From: a virus
Taxonomy: Duplodnaviria; Caudoviricetes
DNA length: 64,000 nucleotides
Virus record (IMG/VR): IMGVR_UViG_3300037312_001491
Coordinates: 1-64,000 of that record
Strand: one strand, 5' to 3'
The notes under the pieces were generated by a model that searched no databases, was not told the DNA's origin, and saw only the letters and a list, made by a program, of their open reading frames with translations. The first letter of the stretch is position 1, and each line of letters starts with the position of its first letter. Positions 33,317-42,487 of this stretch are shown piece by piece. A program made the position numbers and the translations under genes.

Positions 33317-34586
33317 CGACGTCCTGACCGTCACGGTCGAGGGCTCACCCAAGTTCGTCCGCAAGGGTGCCTCCGAGTTCGAGGCCCTGCGCGCCGCGCT
33401 CATCGCCGAGGACTGGGACACCGCGCACTCCTTGCTCAAGCCGGGAGGGGGCGTCGCGCACTACCTCGCGGCCCACAACACCGTCGCCGGTATCGCGCAG
33501 TTCCAGCTGCGCGACGGCCAGCTCTACTTCAACGACGAGCGGGTCCACCCCAACGTCGCTTCGCGCATCGACCGCATGGCGGCCTCTGGCGAGGACCCGA
33601 CGCCGGTGATCCGCTTCTACGAGCGTCTCCAGCAGAACCCGAGCAAGCGGTCCGTCGACCAGCTGTTCGACTTCCTCCAGCACCTCGGCCTGCCGTTCGA
33701 GGCGGACGGCACGTTCCTCGCGTACAAGGGCGTCAACGACGACCTGTCCGACAAGTACACCGGCCGCATCTTCAACACGCCGGGTGCGGTCATCAAGATC
33801 AACCGCAACCTCGTGTCGGACGACCCGCGCACGCCCTGCCACGAGGGACTCCACGTCGGCGCCCACGCGTACGCGAGCACGTTCGCCTCGACCACCATCG
33901 CGGTGCGCGTCGACCCCAAGAACGTCGTCTGCGTGCCGTACGACTCTAGCAGCCAGAAGATGCGCGTCTGCGAGTACGAGGTCATCGGCCTCCACTCGGG
34001 TGAGCTGATGCCGAACAACACGATCCCGGCCGCGGACGTGCCGGCGAAGTCCACCGCAGCGAACCTCGCGCCGTGCGCGAATTGCGGTATCCAGACGCAC
34101 GCGGTGGAGAACTTCTGCCACGGCTGCAAGCAGGTCGTGTGCAACGACTGCGACCAGGACCACGACCGCGCGATGGGCCCGCACGAGCTGAGCGACCACC
34201 TGACCCTCGACTCGCCGGCGGCCGACAGCCGCAAGGGCGAGATCGACCCGGAGTACGAGAACGTCGCGGAGACGGTCGACGCCGTCACCGTCGCGAACGA
34301 GCCGGCGGTCGAGGCGTTCACCGGCGAGCAGCTCGACCAGGCCGTCACCGAGCACGCGCACGAGGCCGAACAGGCCAAGAAGTTTCGTCAGTTCAAGAAG
34401 TTGACGACGCGCCAGCTCCTGGAGCAGACGCTGACCGACCTCCGCGAGTACGCCCTCAAGCTCAAGATCGTCGGCTCGGGGCACATCAAGGGCGGCAAGA
34501 CGGCCCTGGTGCCCCACATCGTCAAGGCACGCAGCCTGGCGAACCGCAAGCGCCTCAAGGTGCGCGGCAAGAAGGCCCGGAAGTAG
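33288..34586 (+). CDS. rIIB: rIIB-like protein with zinc-finger and C-terminal extension
   Basis: NPSKRSVDQLFDFL...DGTFLAYKGV...RNLVSDDPRTPCHEGLHVG...VDPKNVVCVPYD...KMRVCEYEV. Confidence 0.9.
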   Translation: MQPIPYSLSNDVLTVTVEGSPKFVRKGASEFEALRAALIAEDWDTAHSLLKPGGGVAHYLAAHNTVAGIAQFQLRDGQLYFNDERVHPNVASRIDRMAASGEDPTPVIRFYERLQQNPSKRSVDQLFDFLQHLGLPFEADGTFLAYKGVNDDLSDKYTGRIFNTPGAVIKINRNLVSDDPRTPCHEGLHVGAHAYASTFASTTIAVRVDPKNVVCVPYDSSSQKMRVCEYEVIGLHSGELMPNNTIPAADVPAKSTAANLAPCANCGIQTHAVENFCHGCKQVVCNDCDQDHDRAMGPHELSDHLTLDSPAADSRKGEIDPEYENVAETVDAVTVANEPAVEAFTGEQLDQAVTEHAHEAEQAKKFRQFKKLTTRQLLEQTLTDLREYALKLKIVGSGHIKGGKTALVPHIVKARSLANRKRLKVRGKKARK

Positions 34587-34598
34587 TCTGAAAATCCC

Positions 34599-34627
34599 TT
34601 GACGTCCGTCAGCCCAGGCCCTACAAC
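34599..34627 (+). promoter_or_regulatory. Sigma70-type promoter
   Basis: TTGACG-N17-TACAAC. Confidence 0.5.
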
Positions 34628-34959
34628 GTGGAACATGAGCACCGACAAAACGACCGAGACGACTCCCCAGGAGCCGGCCCAGGCCGCCCCGGCGCCCAAG
34701 CAGTGGGGCCGGTTCCACGCCTGGCTGGATGCGCTGCACGCGCACGCCGCGAAAAAGGCGGAACAACGGCCGGGTCCCGACACGTCTTCCGAGGCGTGAA
34801 CGACTTCGACGACGAGGAGCCCACCACGGAGGTGGTGGACATACCGATGGCCGAGCTGGTCACCCAGCCGGTCCCCGCCAGGACCTACACCCGCGAGCGC
34901 CGTGAGACTCGGCGCTACGGTTCGCCCGGGCGGATGGTCCTCTCCGTCGGCGGTGGCTC

Positions 34960-35304
34960 GTGACCGCCGAGATGCAGGTCGCCAACGCGGTAGCGACCGC
35001 CAGGCTCCGCGCGGCGGCCGAACTGATCGCGCTCGGGTGTCCGGCCGACATGATCTGCTGGTACACCCCGCGCACGCAGGGGGGTAACTGCGGGCTATTG
35101 GTCGGCGGGTTCCTCGTCTGGGAAGCCCACGTCGAGTGGGACCGGTCAGGCGAGGTCCCGGTCGCGACCATCGCGACCTGGTGGTGCGGTGGCACTTGGG
35201 CCGAGACCGGCACCGCGCGCGACTGGCTGCCGGACGCCGAGGTCCAGGCGCACTGGGCCAAGAACGGGGACCCACGAGTTCCCTGGATGGGCCCGAACCT
35301 GTGA
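34960..35304 (+). CDS. Hypothetical Trp-rich protein
   Basis: GTG overlapping upstream stop; operon packing. Confidence 0.45.
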   Translation: MTAEMQVANAVATARLRAAAELIALGCPADMICWYTPRTQGGNCGLLVGGFLVWEAHVEWDRSGEVPVATIATWWCGGTWAETGTARDWLPDAEVQAHWAKNGDPRVPWMGPNL

Positions 35305-35564
35305 CCCACGCCGAGCTGTCCGCCGCGGTCGAGGCCGCCGTCGATGCCGTCGACTTCACCCCGCCCGTGTCCGCCGCGTACTGCCAGGCGGTGTATGACG
35401 AGCTGGGTCGCCGCGTGCCTGGTGCCATCCGCGACGTTTGCCATAGGTATCGCGAGGTTTACGTCGAGGTCCGCGTCGGGCAGGTCGTCGTTCGCCTGGT
35501 TCTGCCCTGCTCCTGACCTGGTACGCAGGTTGCAGAGGGACCCGTAGGCTGGCACAGTGGGTGC

Positions 35565-38309
35565 ATGGCCGACGAGAAGTCCGGGCGCACGAAGCGAGGC
35601 ACGTTTGCACCTGGCACCTCCGGCAACCCCAGCGGCAGGGCGAAGCCCCGAACCGACGCCGCGCCGGTTACCAGGCTGGACGGCTGGCAGAACTTCTTCT
35701 CCGGCCATGGTGTCTACGGCCGCGACAAGCGCCAGGGGACGAGCTTCAAGGCCGCCACCCTGACGTTCGACCAGCTCGCCGAGCTGTGGCGCGGCGACGA
35801 CCTCGCGGCACGCGCCGTCGAGACGCTGCCGAAAGAGTCTCTCCGCGAGGGTTACGATCTGTCGATCCCCGAGGCGGCGCTGGGTGGCGAGGACGAGGCC
35901 GAGCGCATCGCCGAGATCGTCGACGCCCTGTCGACACTGGGGGCGGACGAGACGATCCGTACCGGCCTCTGCTACGAGCGTGGCCTAGGTGGTGGCGCCG
36001 TCCTCATCGGCGCGAACGACGGCCAGGACGACCTGACCAAGCCGCTGCGCCTCGAATCCATCCGTTCGCTCGACTGGCTGACCCCGCTCGAACCGCGCGA
36101 GATCATGCCGGTGTACGGCTACGCCGACCCGCGCGCCCCGAAGTACGGCCAGCCCGAGATCTACCGCATCACGAGCCGCACCATCCTGCCACCGCAGGAT
36201 GGCAAGTACGGCAACCAGGTGATGGACATCCACGAGTCGCGGCTCCTGGTGTTCCCCGGCATCCGCGTCAGCCGCTACCAGTACATGGCCTCCCAGGGCG
36301 GTTGGGGTGACTCGGTGCTCATCCGCATGTGGCGCGTGCTCCGCGACTTCAACCTCGCGTGGGGCTCCGCCGGCGCGCTCGTCACCGAGTTCGCCTCGGC
36401 GACGTACAAGATGAAGGACCTGTGGACGGCGCTGTCGACGAAGGGCGGCGCGCAGGCGTTCGCCGAACGCCTCCAGGCGATGGACCTGGCACGGTCGACC
36501 ATCAACGCGACTGTCATCGACGGCGACGACGACTTCAAGCGCGAGCAGACGCCGATCTCCGGCCTGCCCGACCTCATGGACAAGTTCTCGACGCGCCTCG
36601 CGGCGGCCGCGGACATGCCGCTCACGCTCCTGTTCGGCACGAGCCCGGCGGGCCTCAACGCCACCGGCGAGTCTGACATTCGCTTCTTCTACGACCGCGT
36701 CGCCGCGTTCCAGCGCGACAAGGTGCTGCCGCAGCTCAAGACGCTGATCCGGATTCTGTTCCGCACACTCGGCTCAAAGGTGGAGCCCGAGAAGTGGGAC
36801 GTCGAGTTCCGTCCACTGTGGCAGGAGAGCGCCAAGGACAAGGCCGCCGCGATGCTCACGCAGGCGCAGGCCGACCACATCTGGGTCACCGACGGCATGC
36901 TGTCGGCCGAGGAGGTGGCGGACGCACACTGGGGCACCGGCAAGTGGGTCCCCGACCTCCGCGTCGACTTCGAGGCGCGCGAGCGCCAGGAGGCTGCGGC
37001 CGCCGCGCCGGTCACGCAAGCTGACTTCGCGGCGATGGGTCGCGGCCCCAACGGCCAGCCGCTCCAGCCAATGCCGGGCCAGCGCCAACTCCAGCCGGGC
37101 CCCGCGCAGTTCGGTCGCCCGCAGCCGCAGCCTGGCTTCGGACAGCCGGTGCAGCGCCAGCTCCAGCCCGGCCCGGCGATGCCAGGTCAGAAGCCGGTCC
37201 CTGGCCAGCAGTCACCCGGTCAGGCGCCAGGCGCGGCCGCCGCTCAGGGTGCCGCCCCCGGCGCAGCTCCGGGCGCGAAGGCGTCGAAGCTCGGCGCCAG
37301 CGGCTACCGCTACGCACCGGACGTCACCCAGCGTGGCCAGGGGGCCGACGACGACATCGACCGCAAGCCGCGCTCGATGGTGCTGTCGAACGACGCCGAC
37401 GACCGTCCGCAGCTCAGCGTGGTGCGCGAGGACGTGATCGAGCATGCGTCCGACGGATGGCACGTCTACTCCGAGACCGAGCCGCGCAAGCATCTCGGCG
37501 GCCCGTACCAGACGAAGGAAGGCGCGATTGAACGACTGCGCCAGGTCGAGGGCCACGCCCGTGACGACAGCTTCAACCCGGACCAGCCACGCGCCGAGAA
37601 TGGCGAGTGGGGCGAGGGCGGCGCCGGTGGCGCGCACCCGAGCGCACCGACGTCCGGCGAGCACGCCGCAGCGCAGGGCACCTCGTTCGAGCAGGCCGTC
37701 CACGCGGTCTCAGCCGGCGAGAAGCACGGCATGACCGCCGAGCACTTCAAGGCGCTCGTCGAGAGGAAGAAGGCGGAGTCCGACGCGCACAAGAACGCGG
37801 TCCAGGCGTTCGCCGCCAAGCTCACGCCGATCGAGACGCAGGTCTCCAATGGCTACGGCGTGTTCGGAGAGGTCGTCAACGGTGCACTCCGCGCCGGTCG
37901 CCCGCCCAGCTCGGCCGACGAGAAGGCCGCGATCGGTGCGCTCGATAGTGCCATCAGGAAGTCGAAGGCGCCGGCCGACATGATCGTGTACCGCGGCATC
38001 CACAGTGACCGGGACCCGATGGCCAAGCTCAAGCCCGGTGTCGTCATCCGCGACAAGGGTTACGTGTCGACGACAGGTTCCCGAGACATTGCGGCCGAGT
38101 TCGCGCACCGGGAACACACCGGCAAGCTCGATCCGTCGTCCACGAGCGTCATCGTGAGGATCAAGGTTCCCAAGGGCCACCCAGCCGCGCCGATTCCGTC
38201 GACGTACCGGTTCGAGCACGAGTACCTCCTGCCTCGCGGCAGCAAGTTCAAGATCACCTCGGTCGCGAAAGAGGGCGGGGACACCGTCGTCGAAGCGGAG
38301 GCCCTGTGA
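35565..38309 (+). CDS. Portal protein (DUF1073 type) fused to Q/P/G linker, small domain and C-terminal VIP2-like ADP-ribosyltransferase
   Basis: DGWQNFFSG, ARAVETLPKESLREG, YGQPEIY, IHESRLLVFPG, GWGDSVL, GLNATGESDIRFFYD; C-terminus YRG...GYVSTT...EHEYLLPRGSKFKI (R-S-E triad). Confidence 0.9.
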   Translation: MADEKSGRTKRGTFAPGTSGNPSGRAKPRTDAAPVTRLDGWQNFFSGHGVYGRDKRQGTSFKAATLTFDQLAELWRGDDLAARAVETLPKESLREGYDLSIPEAALGGEDEAERIAEIVDALSTLGADETIRTGLCYERGLGGGAVLIGANDGQDDLTKPLRLESIRSLDWLTPLEPREIMPVYGYADPRAPKYGQPEIYRITSRTILPPQDGKYGNQVMDIHESRLLVFPGIRVSRYQYMASQGGWGDSVLIRMWRVLRDFNLAWGSAGALVTEFASATYKMKDLWTALSTKGGAQAFAERLQAMDLARSTINATVIDGDDDFKREQTPISGLPDLMDKFSTRLAAAADMPLTLLFGTSPAGLNATGESDIRFFYDRVAAFQRDKVLPQLKTLIRILFRTLGSKVEPEKWDVEFRPLWQESAKDKAAAMLTQAQADHIWVTDGMLSAEEVADAHWGTGKWVPDLRVDFEARERQEAAAAAPVTQADFAAMGRGPNGQPLQPMPGQRQLQPGPAQFGRPQPQPGFGQPVQRQLQPGPAMPGQKPVPGQQSPGQAPGAAAAQGAAPGAAPGAKASKLGASGYRYAPDVTQRGQGADDDIDRKPRSMVLSNDADDRPQLSVVREDVIEHASDGWHVYSETEPRKHLGGPYQTKEGAIERLRQVEGHARDDSFNPDQPRAENGEWGEGGAGGAHPSAPTSGEHAAAQGTSFEQAVHAVSAGEKHGMTAEHFKALVERKKAESDAHKNAVQAFAAKLTPIETQVSNGYGVFGEVVNGALRAGRPPSSADEKAAIGALDSAIRKSKAPADMIVYRGIHSDRDPMAKLKPGVVIRDKGYVSTTGSRDIAAEFAHREHTGKLDPSSTSVIVRIKVPKGHPAAPIPSTYRFEHEYLLPRGSKFKITSVAKEGGDTVVEAEAL

Positions 38310-40300
38310 GCAATAAGCGTTTCACCTGGACCGACGGCGACTTCGAGGTCGTCGAGTCGGGCGACCGCACCGACGACTTCAACCCCGACGAGCCTCGCGC
38401 GGCGGATGGGAAATGGGGCGAGGGCGGCGCCGGCGCCGCACAGAAGACTCCGGCCGCCGGCAAGGCCGGTCCGAAGGGTGAGGCTAAGGAGGCCGCGGAG
38501 TCCAAGGACAAGCCGAAGGCCGAAGACAAGCCGGCCGCGGAGGTGAAGGCGACCACCGCGCACACCGGCGCGTCGTTCGAGGACTGGCACAAGGTCAACC
38601 CGAACGGCAACGGTGAGGTGTTCTCGGACGCGCGCAAGGCGCTCGCGACCGAGACCGTCGGCCAGAACGCGTGGTTCAACTTCTCGAAGGCGAACGAGGG
38701 CAAGCCGGTCAGCCAGCGCAGCTTCGCCGATCAGAAGGCGTTCCTGCTCGACCCCAAGCTGTACCAGCCGCTCATCGACCGTGCGACGAAGCACGACGCC
38801 GCGGACGACGAGGACACGGACCTCTACTTCACGTGCCCGTGCCACCGCCGAGCGGCGGCCGCCCGCGCTGACTACGATGAGAGCGAGCCGCGCGACGAGA
38901 ACGGCAAGTGGAGTGGTGGCGGTGGCGGCAGCGCGGCCGCCCCCCACGCACACGGGGGCGAGCACGGCGCACCGCACGGCGGCGCCAAGGAGCTGGCTGA
39001 GAAGGCGAACGCCGGCGGCGGCTTCACCTACGACCCGCACCACGGCAAGTACCCGACGGAAGGCTACGCGGTCTCGATCCACCCGGGCCACGAAGAGGTC
39101 ATCCGCTCGAAGGAGCTTTCGCCGGAGGCCGTGAAGGGTTACCTTGACCGGCACGGAGACTACATCCAGAAGCACCCCGGTGCTCACGTCGGCGGTTGGT
39201 ATGACGCCGAGGCGGGCAAATGGTACCTGGACGTCAGCCACATCACGCACGACCCACACGAGGCGGAATCCCTCGCGAAGCAGCACAACCAGGAAGCGTA
39301 CTACGACCTCGGCAAGCACGAGACCGTCTACGTCAAGTCTGGAAAGGAACGACGACTCGATGAGCGACAAGCCCAAGACACCGCCCGCCGGCGCACGAAA
39401 GATCTTCTTCGACCCCGCCAAGATGTCCCCCGAGGAGATCGCGGAGGCGATGAAGAAGCACGAGGAGCAGGAGCACGCGCGCCGGGGAATCCCCCGGAAG
39501 CCCGAGTAGACTACTCCCCCGACGAGCCGCGCGCGGCCGATGGGAAGTGGGGCGATGGCGGTGGCGGTGGCCGCGCGGCCGCGTCGTCGCACGTCGAGCA
39601 CGCCAAGACCTCGTCGGTCCGCTCGCGCGAGCACGCCGGGAAGGCCGAGACGGAGGCCGACCGCGCGAAGGCGTCGAAGGGCAAGGCGCAGGCCAAGCAC
39701 GTCGAGGCGGCGCACGACCACGCCCGCGAGGCCGAGCGTCACGCCCGCGAGGCGAGCGCCGCGGCTGACCGCGCGAAGGAGGCCGGCGGCGAGGACTCGC
39801 CGTCCGCCAAGGAGGCGTCCAAGCACGCCGTCGAGGCGACCTCCAACGCGAAGGCAGCCCGCACGCAGGCGTCCGGTGCACAGAAGGCCGCGTCGTCTGG
39901 CGGGCAGGCCGGTGCCGCGCGCGCCGCCGCCGACAAGGCGACGAAGGTGGCGGAGAATCTCCACGCCGCCGCGGTTGAGCACCCGACGAAGGCCGGGCCG
40001 ACCGCCGAGGAGGCGGACAAACACGCCAAGGCCGCACGCGACCACGCCCGCGCAGCCGCCGGCGCAAAGACGCCCGAGGACGCCGCACAGCACACGGCGA
40101 AAGCACACGAGCACGCCGCCGCGGCGGAAGAGGCGGCCGCCAAGCTGACCCGCGAGGCCGCGAAGCACGCGCAGCATGAAGGCCACGGCAAGCACGCCGA
40201 ACACGGCGGCCATGGCAAGCACGAGCGCGCCGAGCACAACCACAAGCACGTCGCCGAGAGTTGGCAGGCCCTGCTCAAGATGCTCATGGGTGCCGGATGA
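38306..40300 (+). CDS. Modular (polyvalent) virion-associated protein with three DxxPDEPRxxxGKW motifs and His/Ala-rich tail
   Basis: GTG overlapping portal stop; repeated motif; GGFTYD...GGWYD...YLDVS...NQEAYYDL domain. Confidence 0.7.
   Translation: MSNKRFTWTDGDFEVVESGDRTDDFNPDEPRAADGKWGEGGAGAAQKTPAAGKAGPKGEAKEAAESKDKPKAEDKPAAEVKATTAHTGASFEDWHKVNPNGNGEVFSDARKALATETVGQNAWFNFSKANEGKPVSQRSFADQKAFLLDPKLYQPLIDRATKHDAADDEDTDLYFTCPCHRRAAAARADYDESEPRDENGKWSGGGGGSAAAPHAHGGEHGAPHGGAKELAEKANAGGGFTYDPHHGKYPTEGYAVSIHPGHEEVIRSKELSPEAVKGYLDRHGDYIQKHPGAHVGGWYDAEAGKWYLDVSHITHDPHEAESLAKQHNQEAYYDLGKHETVYVKSGKERRLDERQAQDTARRRTKDLLRPRQDVPRGDRGGDEEARGAGARAPGNPPEARVDYSPDEPRAADGKWGDGGGGGRAAASSHVEHAKTSSVRSREHAGKAETEADRAKASKGKAQAKHVEAAHDHAREAERHAREASAAADRAKEAGGEDSPSAKEASKHAVEATSNAKAARTQASGAQKAASSGGQAGAARAAADKATKVAENLHAAAVEHPTKAGPTAEEADKHAKAARDHARAAAGAKTPEDAAQHTAKAHEHAAAAEEAAAKLTREAAKHAQHEGHGKHAEHGGHGKHERAEHNHKHVAESWQALLKMLMGAG
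39360..39509 (+). CDS. Small protein overprinted in +1 frame inside the 38306-40300 ORF
   Basis: AAGGA RBS, ATG, phage-typical GC3 codons: MSDKPKTPPAGARKIFFDPAKMSPEEIAEAMKKHEEQEHARRGIPRKPE. Confidence 0.6.
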   Translation: MSDKPKTPPAGARKIFFDPAKMSPEEIAEAMKKHEEQEHARRGIPRKPE

Positions 40301-41664
40301 GCTGCTGTCGCCTCGACCGCGGGGCGCTGCCGAAGCCGAAGCGGCCGCGTACCCTGCCCATCCAGGTCCCGCCGACAGCGATCGAGGCCCAGTACGCCAA
40401 GGCGCTCGTCCGGTACGTCATCGGCGCGATGCGCTGGGCGTACGCGCCGCTGCTGCGCGAGGCCCCCAAGCTCGTCAAGGCGCGCGCGGCCGCGCGGCAC
40501 GACTCCGCCGACGAGTGCACTACGACGATGTTCGCCGGGCTACCGATCGTAATCGAGAACCCGGCCGGCTCGTTCCGGTACTGGGTCGACACGACCGGGC
40601 GCGCCGGCACGACGGTGATGCGGTACCCGTACGGCTACGTCCGCGGCGTGCGTGGCGCCGACGGTGACGAGGTCGACGTGTTTATCGGTCCAGACGAAGC
40701 GGCGCAGTGGGTGTACATCGTGCACCAGCGGTTCGCGCCGAAGTTCGTCGACTTCGACGAGGACAAGGTGATGCTCGGGTTCCCGAGCGCCGACGCCGCG
40801 CGCGCGGCGTACCTCGCGCACTACGACGACCCCCGCTACTTCGGGGGGATGACCCAGGTCCAGCGCGAGGCGTTCGAGCGCGCGGTCGCGGCCGCTCGCG
40901 GCGGCAAGATCACCCACGTCGACTCGCTGACGGCCGTCGCTCGCTACGACTCCCCGGAGTCGCGTCGGGTGCAGAAGCTCATCCGCGAGGCCGCACGCCG
41001 GCTCCGGCTCAAGCTCAACAAGCGCGAGATCGCGCGGCTGGCGAAAAAGTTCGCCGAGCAGACGAGCACGTACCAGCGCGTGCAGCTCCACCGCCAGGTC
41101 CACGCGGCCCTGGGCATCGCGGCGCCGCTCGCCGCCGAGTACACGCAGAGTCGCATCGCCGACTTCGTTCGCGAGAACGTCGCGCTCATCTCGCGGATTC
41201 CACAGGAGCACCACGGCGAAATCGAGACGATGGTCCACCGTGCGGTCACCAGCGGCCAGCTCACCGACGATCTCGCCGACGACCTGGAGGACGAGTTCGC
41301 GCTCTCCGAACGCCACGCGCGTTTCATCGCTCGTGATCAGATCGGCAAGCTCCAGGCCGACCTCAACCACGCGCGCCAGCGTGACCTCGGCGTCAAAAAG
41401 TTTGTGTGGCGGACGATGCGCGACGAGCGCGTCCGCGGCACGCCCGGCGGCCTGTACCCCAACGCGCAGCCCAGCCACTTCGACCTCGATGGCCAGGAGT
41501 TCTCCTACGACGACCCTCCGCAGCCACCTGGTGCCCAGGGGCCGCTTCTACCCGGGGATGACTACAACTGCCGCTGCTACGCCGAACCAGTTTTTGATGA
41601 GCTGGTGGAGGACCTGCGCGTGGCCGAAGTCGATCCGGACGAAGCGTCGATGGAAGCGGAATAG
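40297..41664 (+). CDS. MuF-like minor head protein with inserted inorganic-pyrophosphatase-like domain
   Basis: C-terminal ARFIARDQIGKL...FVWRTMRDERVR...H..LDGQEFSY...PGDDYNCRC; insert IVIENPAGS.R...YGYVRGVRGADGDEVDVFIG...FDEDKVMLGF. Confidence 0.9.
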   Translation: MSCCRLDRGALPKPKRPRTLPIQVPPTAIEAQYAKALVRYVIGAMRWAYAPLLREAPKLVKARAAARHDSADECTTTMFAGLPIVIENPAGSFRYWVDTTGRAGTTVMRYPYGYVRGVRGADGDEVDVFIGPDEAAQWVYIVHQRFAPKFVDFDEDKVMLGFPSADAARAAYLAHYDDPRYFGGMTQVQREAFERAVAAARGGKITHVDSLTAVARYDSPESRRVQKLIREAARRLRLKLNKREIARLAKKFAEQTSTYQRVQLHRQVHAALGIAAPLAAEYTQSRIADFVRENVALISRIPQEHHGEIETMVHRAVTSGQLTDDLADDLEDEFALSERHARFIARDQIGKLQADLNHARQRDLGVKKFVWRTMRDERVRGTPGGLYPNAQPSHFDLDGQEFSYDDPPQPPGAQGPLLPGDDYNCRCYAEPVFDELVEDLRVAEVDPDEASMEAE

Positions 41665-41966
41665 CTCCAGAACTTACGCGAGCATGGCGCGATCCGGAGG
41701 GGGTGCCATCCTGACAGGATGAAGTCGCCCCGCCAGTTCACCCCGGTCCGTCCACGCACCGGTGGGCTCACCCATGCGACGACCCTGGACGCCCCCAGGA
41801 AGACCGCCTGCAACCGCCCCTGCGACGGCTGGGTGGTAGTGTCCGGCCGGCTCCAGGGACGTCGGGTGGTGTCACCGGTGCTGACCTGCGAAGACTGCAA
41901 GGATGCCATCCTCGGCATCGGCGCCGAGGCCGGCGTGCACGCGGCATGCGGAAAGAGGAGGCGCTC

Positions 41967-42227
41967 GTGACCGCCGAGGCGTTCCTCCTGGGCATCGTCG
42001 TATTCGTCGCGGCCGCGCTGTACGACGCCATCTTCGCGGCGTACGTGCGGTTCGCCGCAGGCGGCCAGGCAACGAAGGCGGCGCTGACCTCCGTCATGAC
42101 CTACGTCGTAGGCGCCGTGGGACTTTTGGCGCTCGTCAAAGTGTCGATCTGGTACAGCCTCCCTGAGGCCGCCGGGCTGTACACCGGCACGCTCGCTGGG
42201 GTATGGGCCGGAAGGGACAAGGATTGA
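41967..42227 (+). CDS. Small membrane protein
   Basis: Three hydrophobic segments; GTG after GGAGG. Confidence 0.55.
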   Translation: MTAEAFLLGIVVFVAAALYDAIFAAYVRFAAGGQATKAALTSVMTYVVGAVGLLALVKVSIWYSLPEAAGLYTGTLAGVWAGRDKD

Positions 42228-42437
42228 TGCTGCTCGGACTGCTCCTCGCTGCCGTCGTTGGATTCGAGGTCGCCAGGACTGGACCAGCATTCGAGGAGCG
42301 GCGACGCGCAAGACTGGAACGGCAGCTCGCCCCGGCAAAAGTCATGTACTTACCGAGCGCTGTAGGGCGCGGGCTCGGCCAAGCCGGCGGCCGGTGCACG
42401 TCTCCCACATGCGCCATCTGCCACGGCCGTTCCTGAA

Positions 42438-42454
42438 CTGGCACGATTCTTGCG
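42438..42454 (+). promoter_or_regulatory. Sigma54-type (-24/-12) promoter before head protease gene
   Basis: CTGGCACGATTCTTGCG matches TGGCACG-N4-TTGC. Confidence 0.7.
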
Positions 42455-42487
42455 CTGAGCCCATCCCCCTGTCATCATGGGGGAGTA

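Noticed and set aside
35503-35531. Rightward copy of the palindromic promoter (GTACGCAGGTT) before portal
   Set aside because: Only a half-site; no TTGAC at the correct spacing
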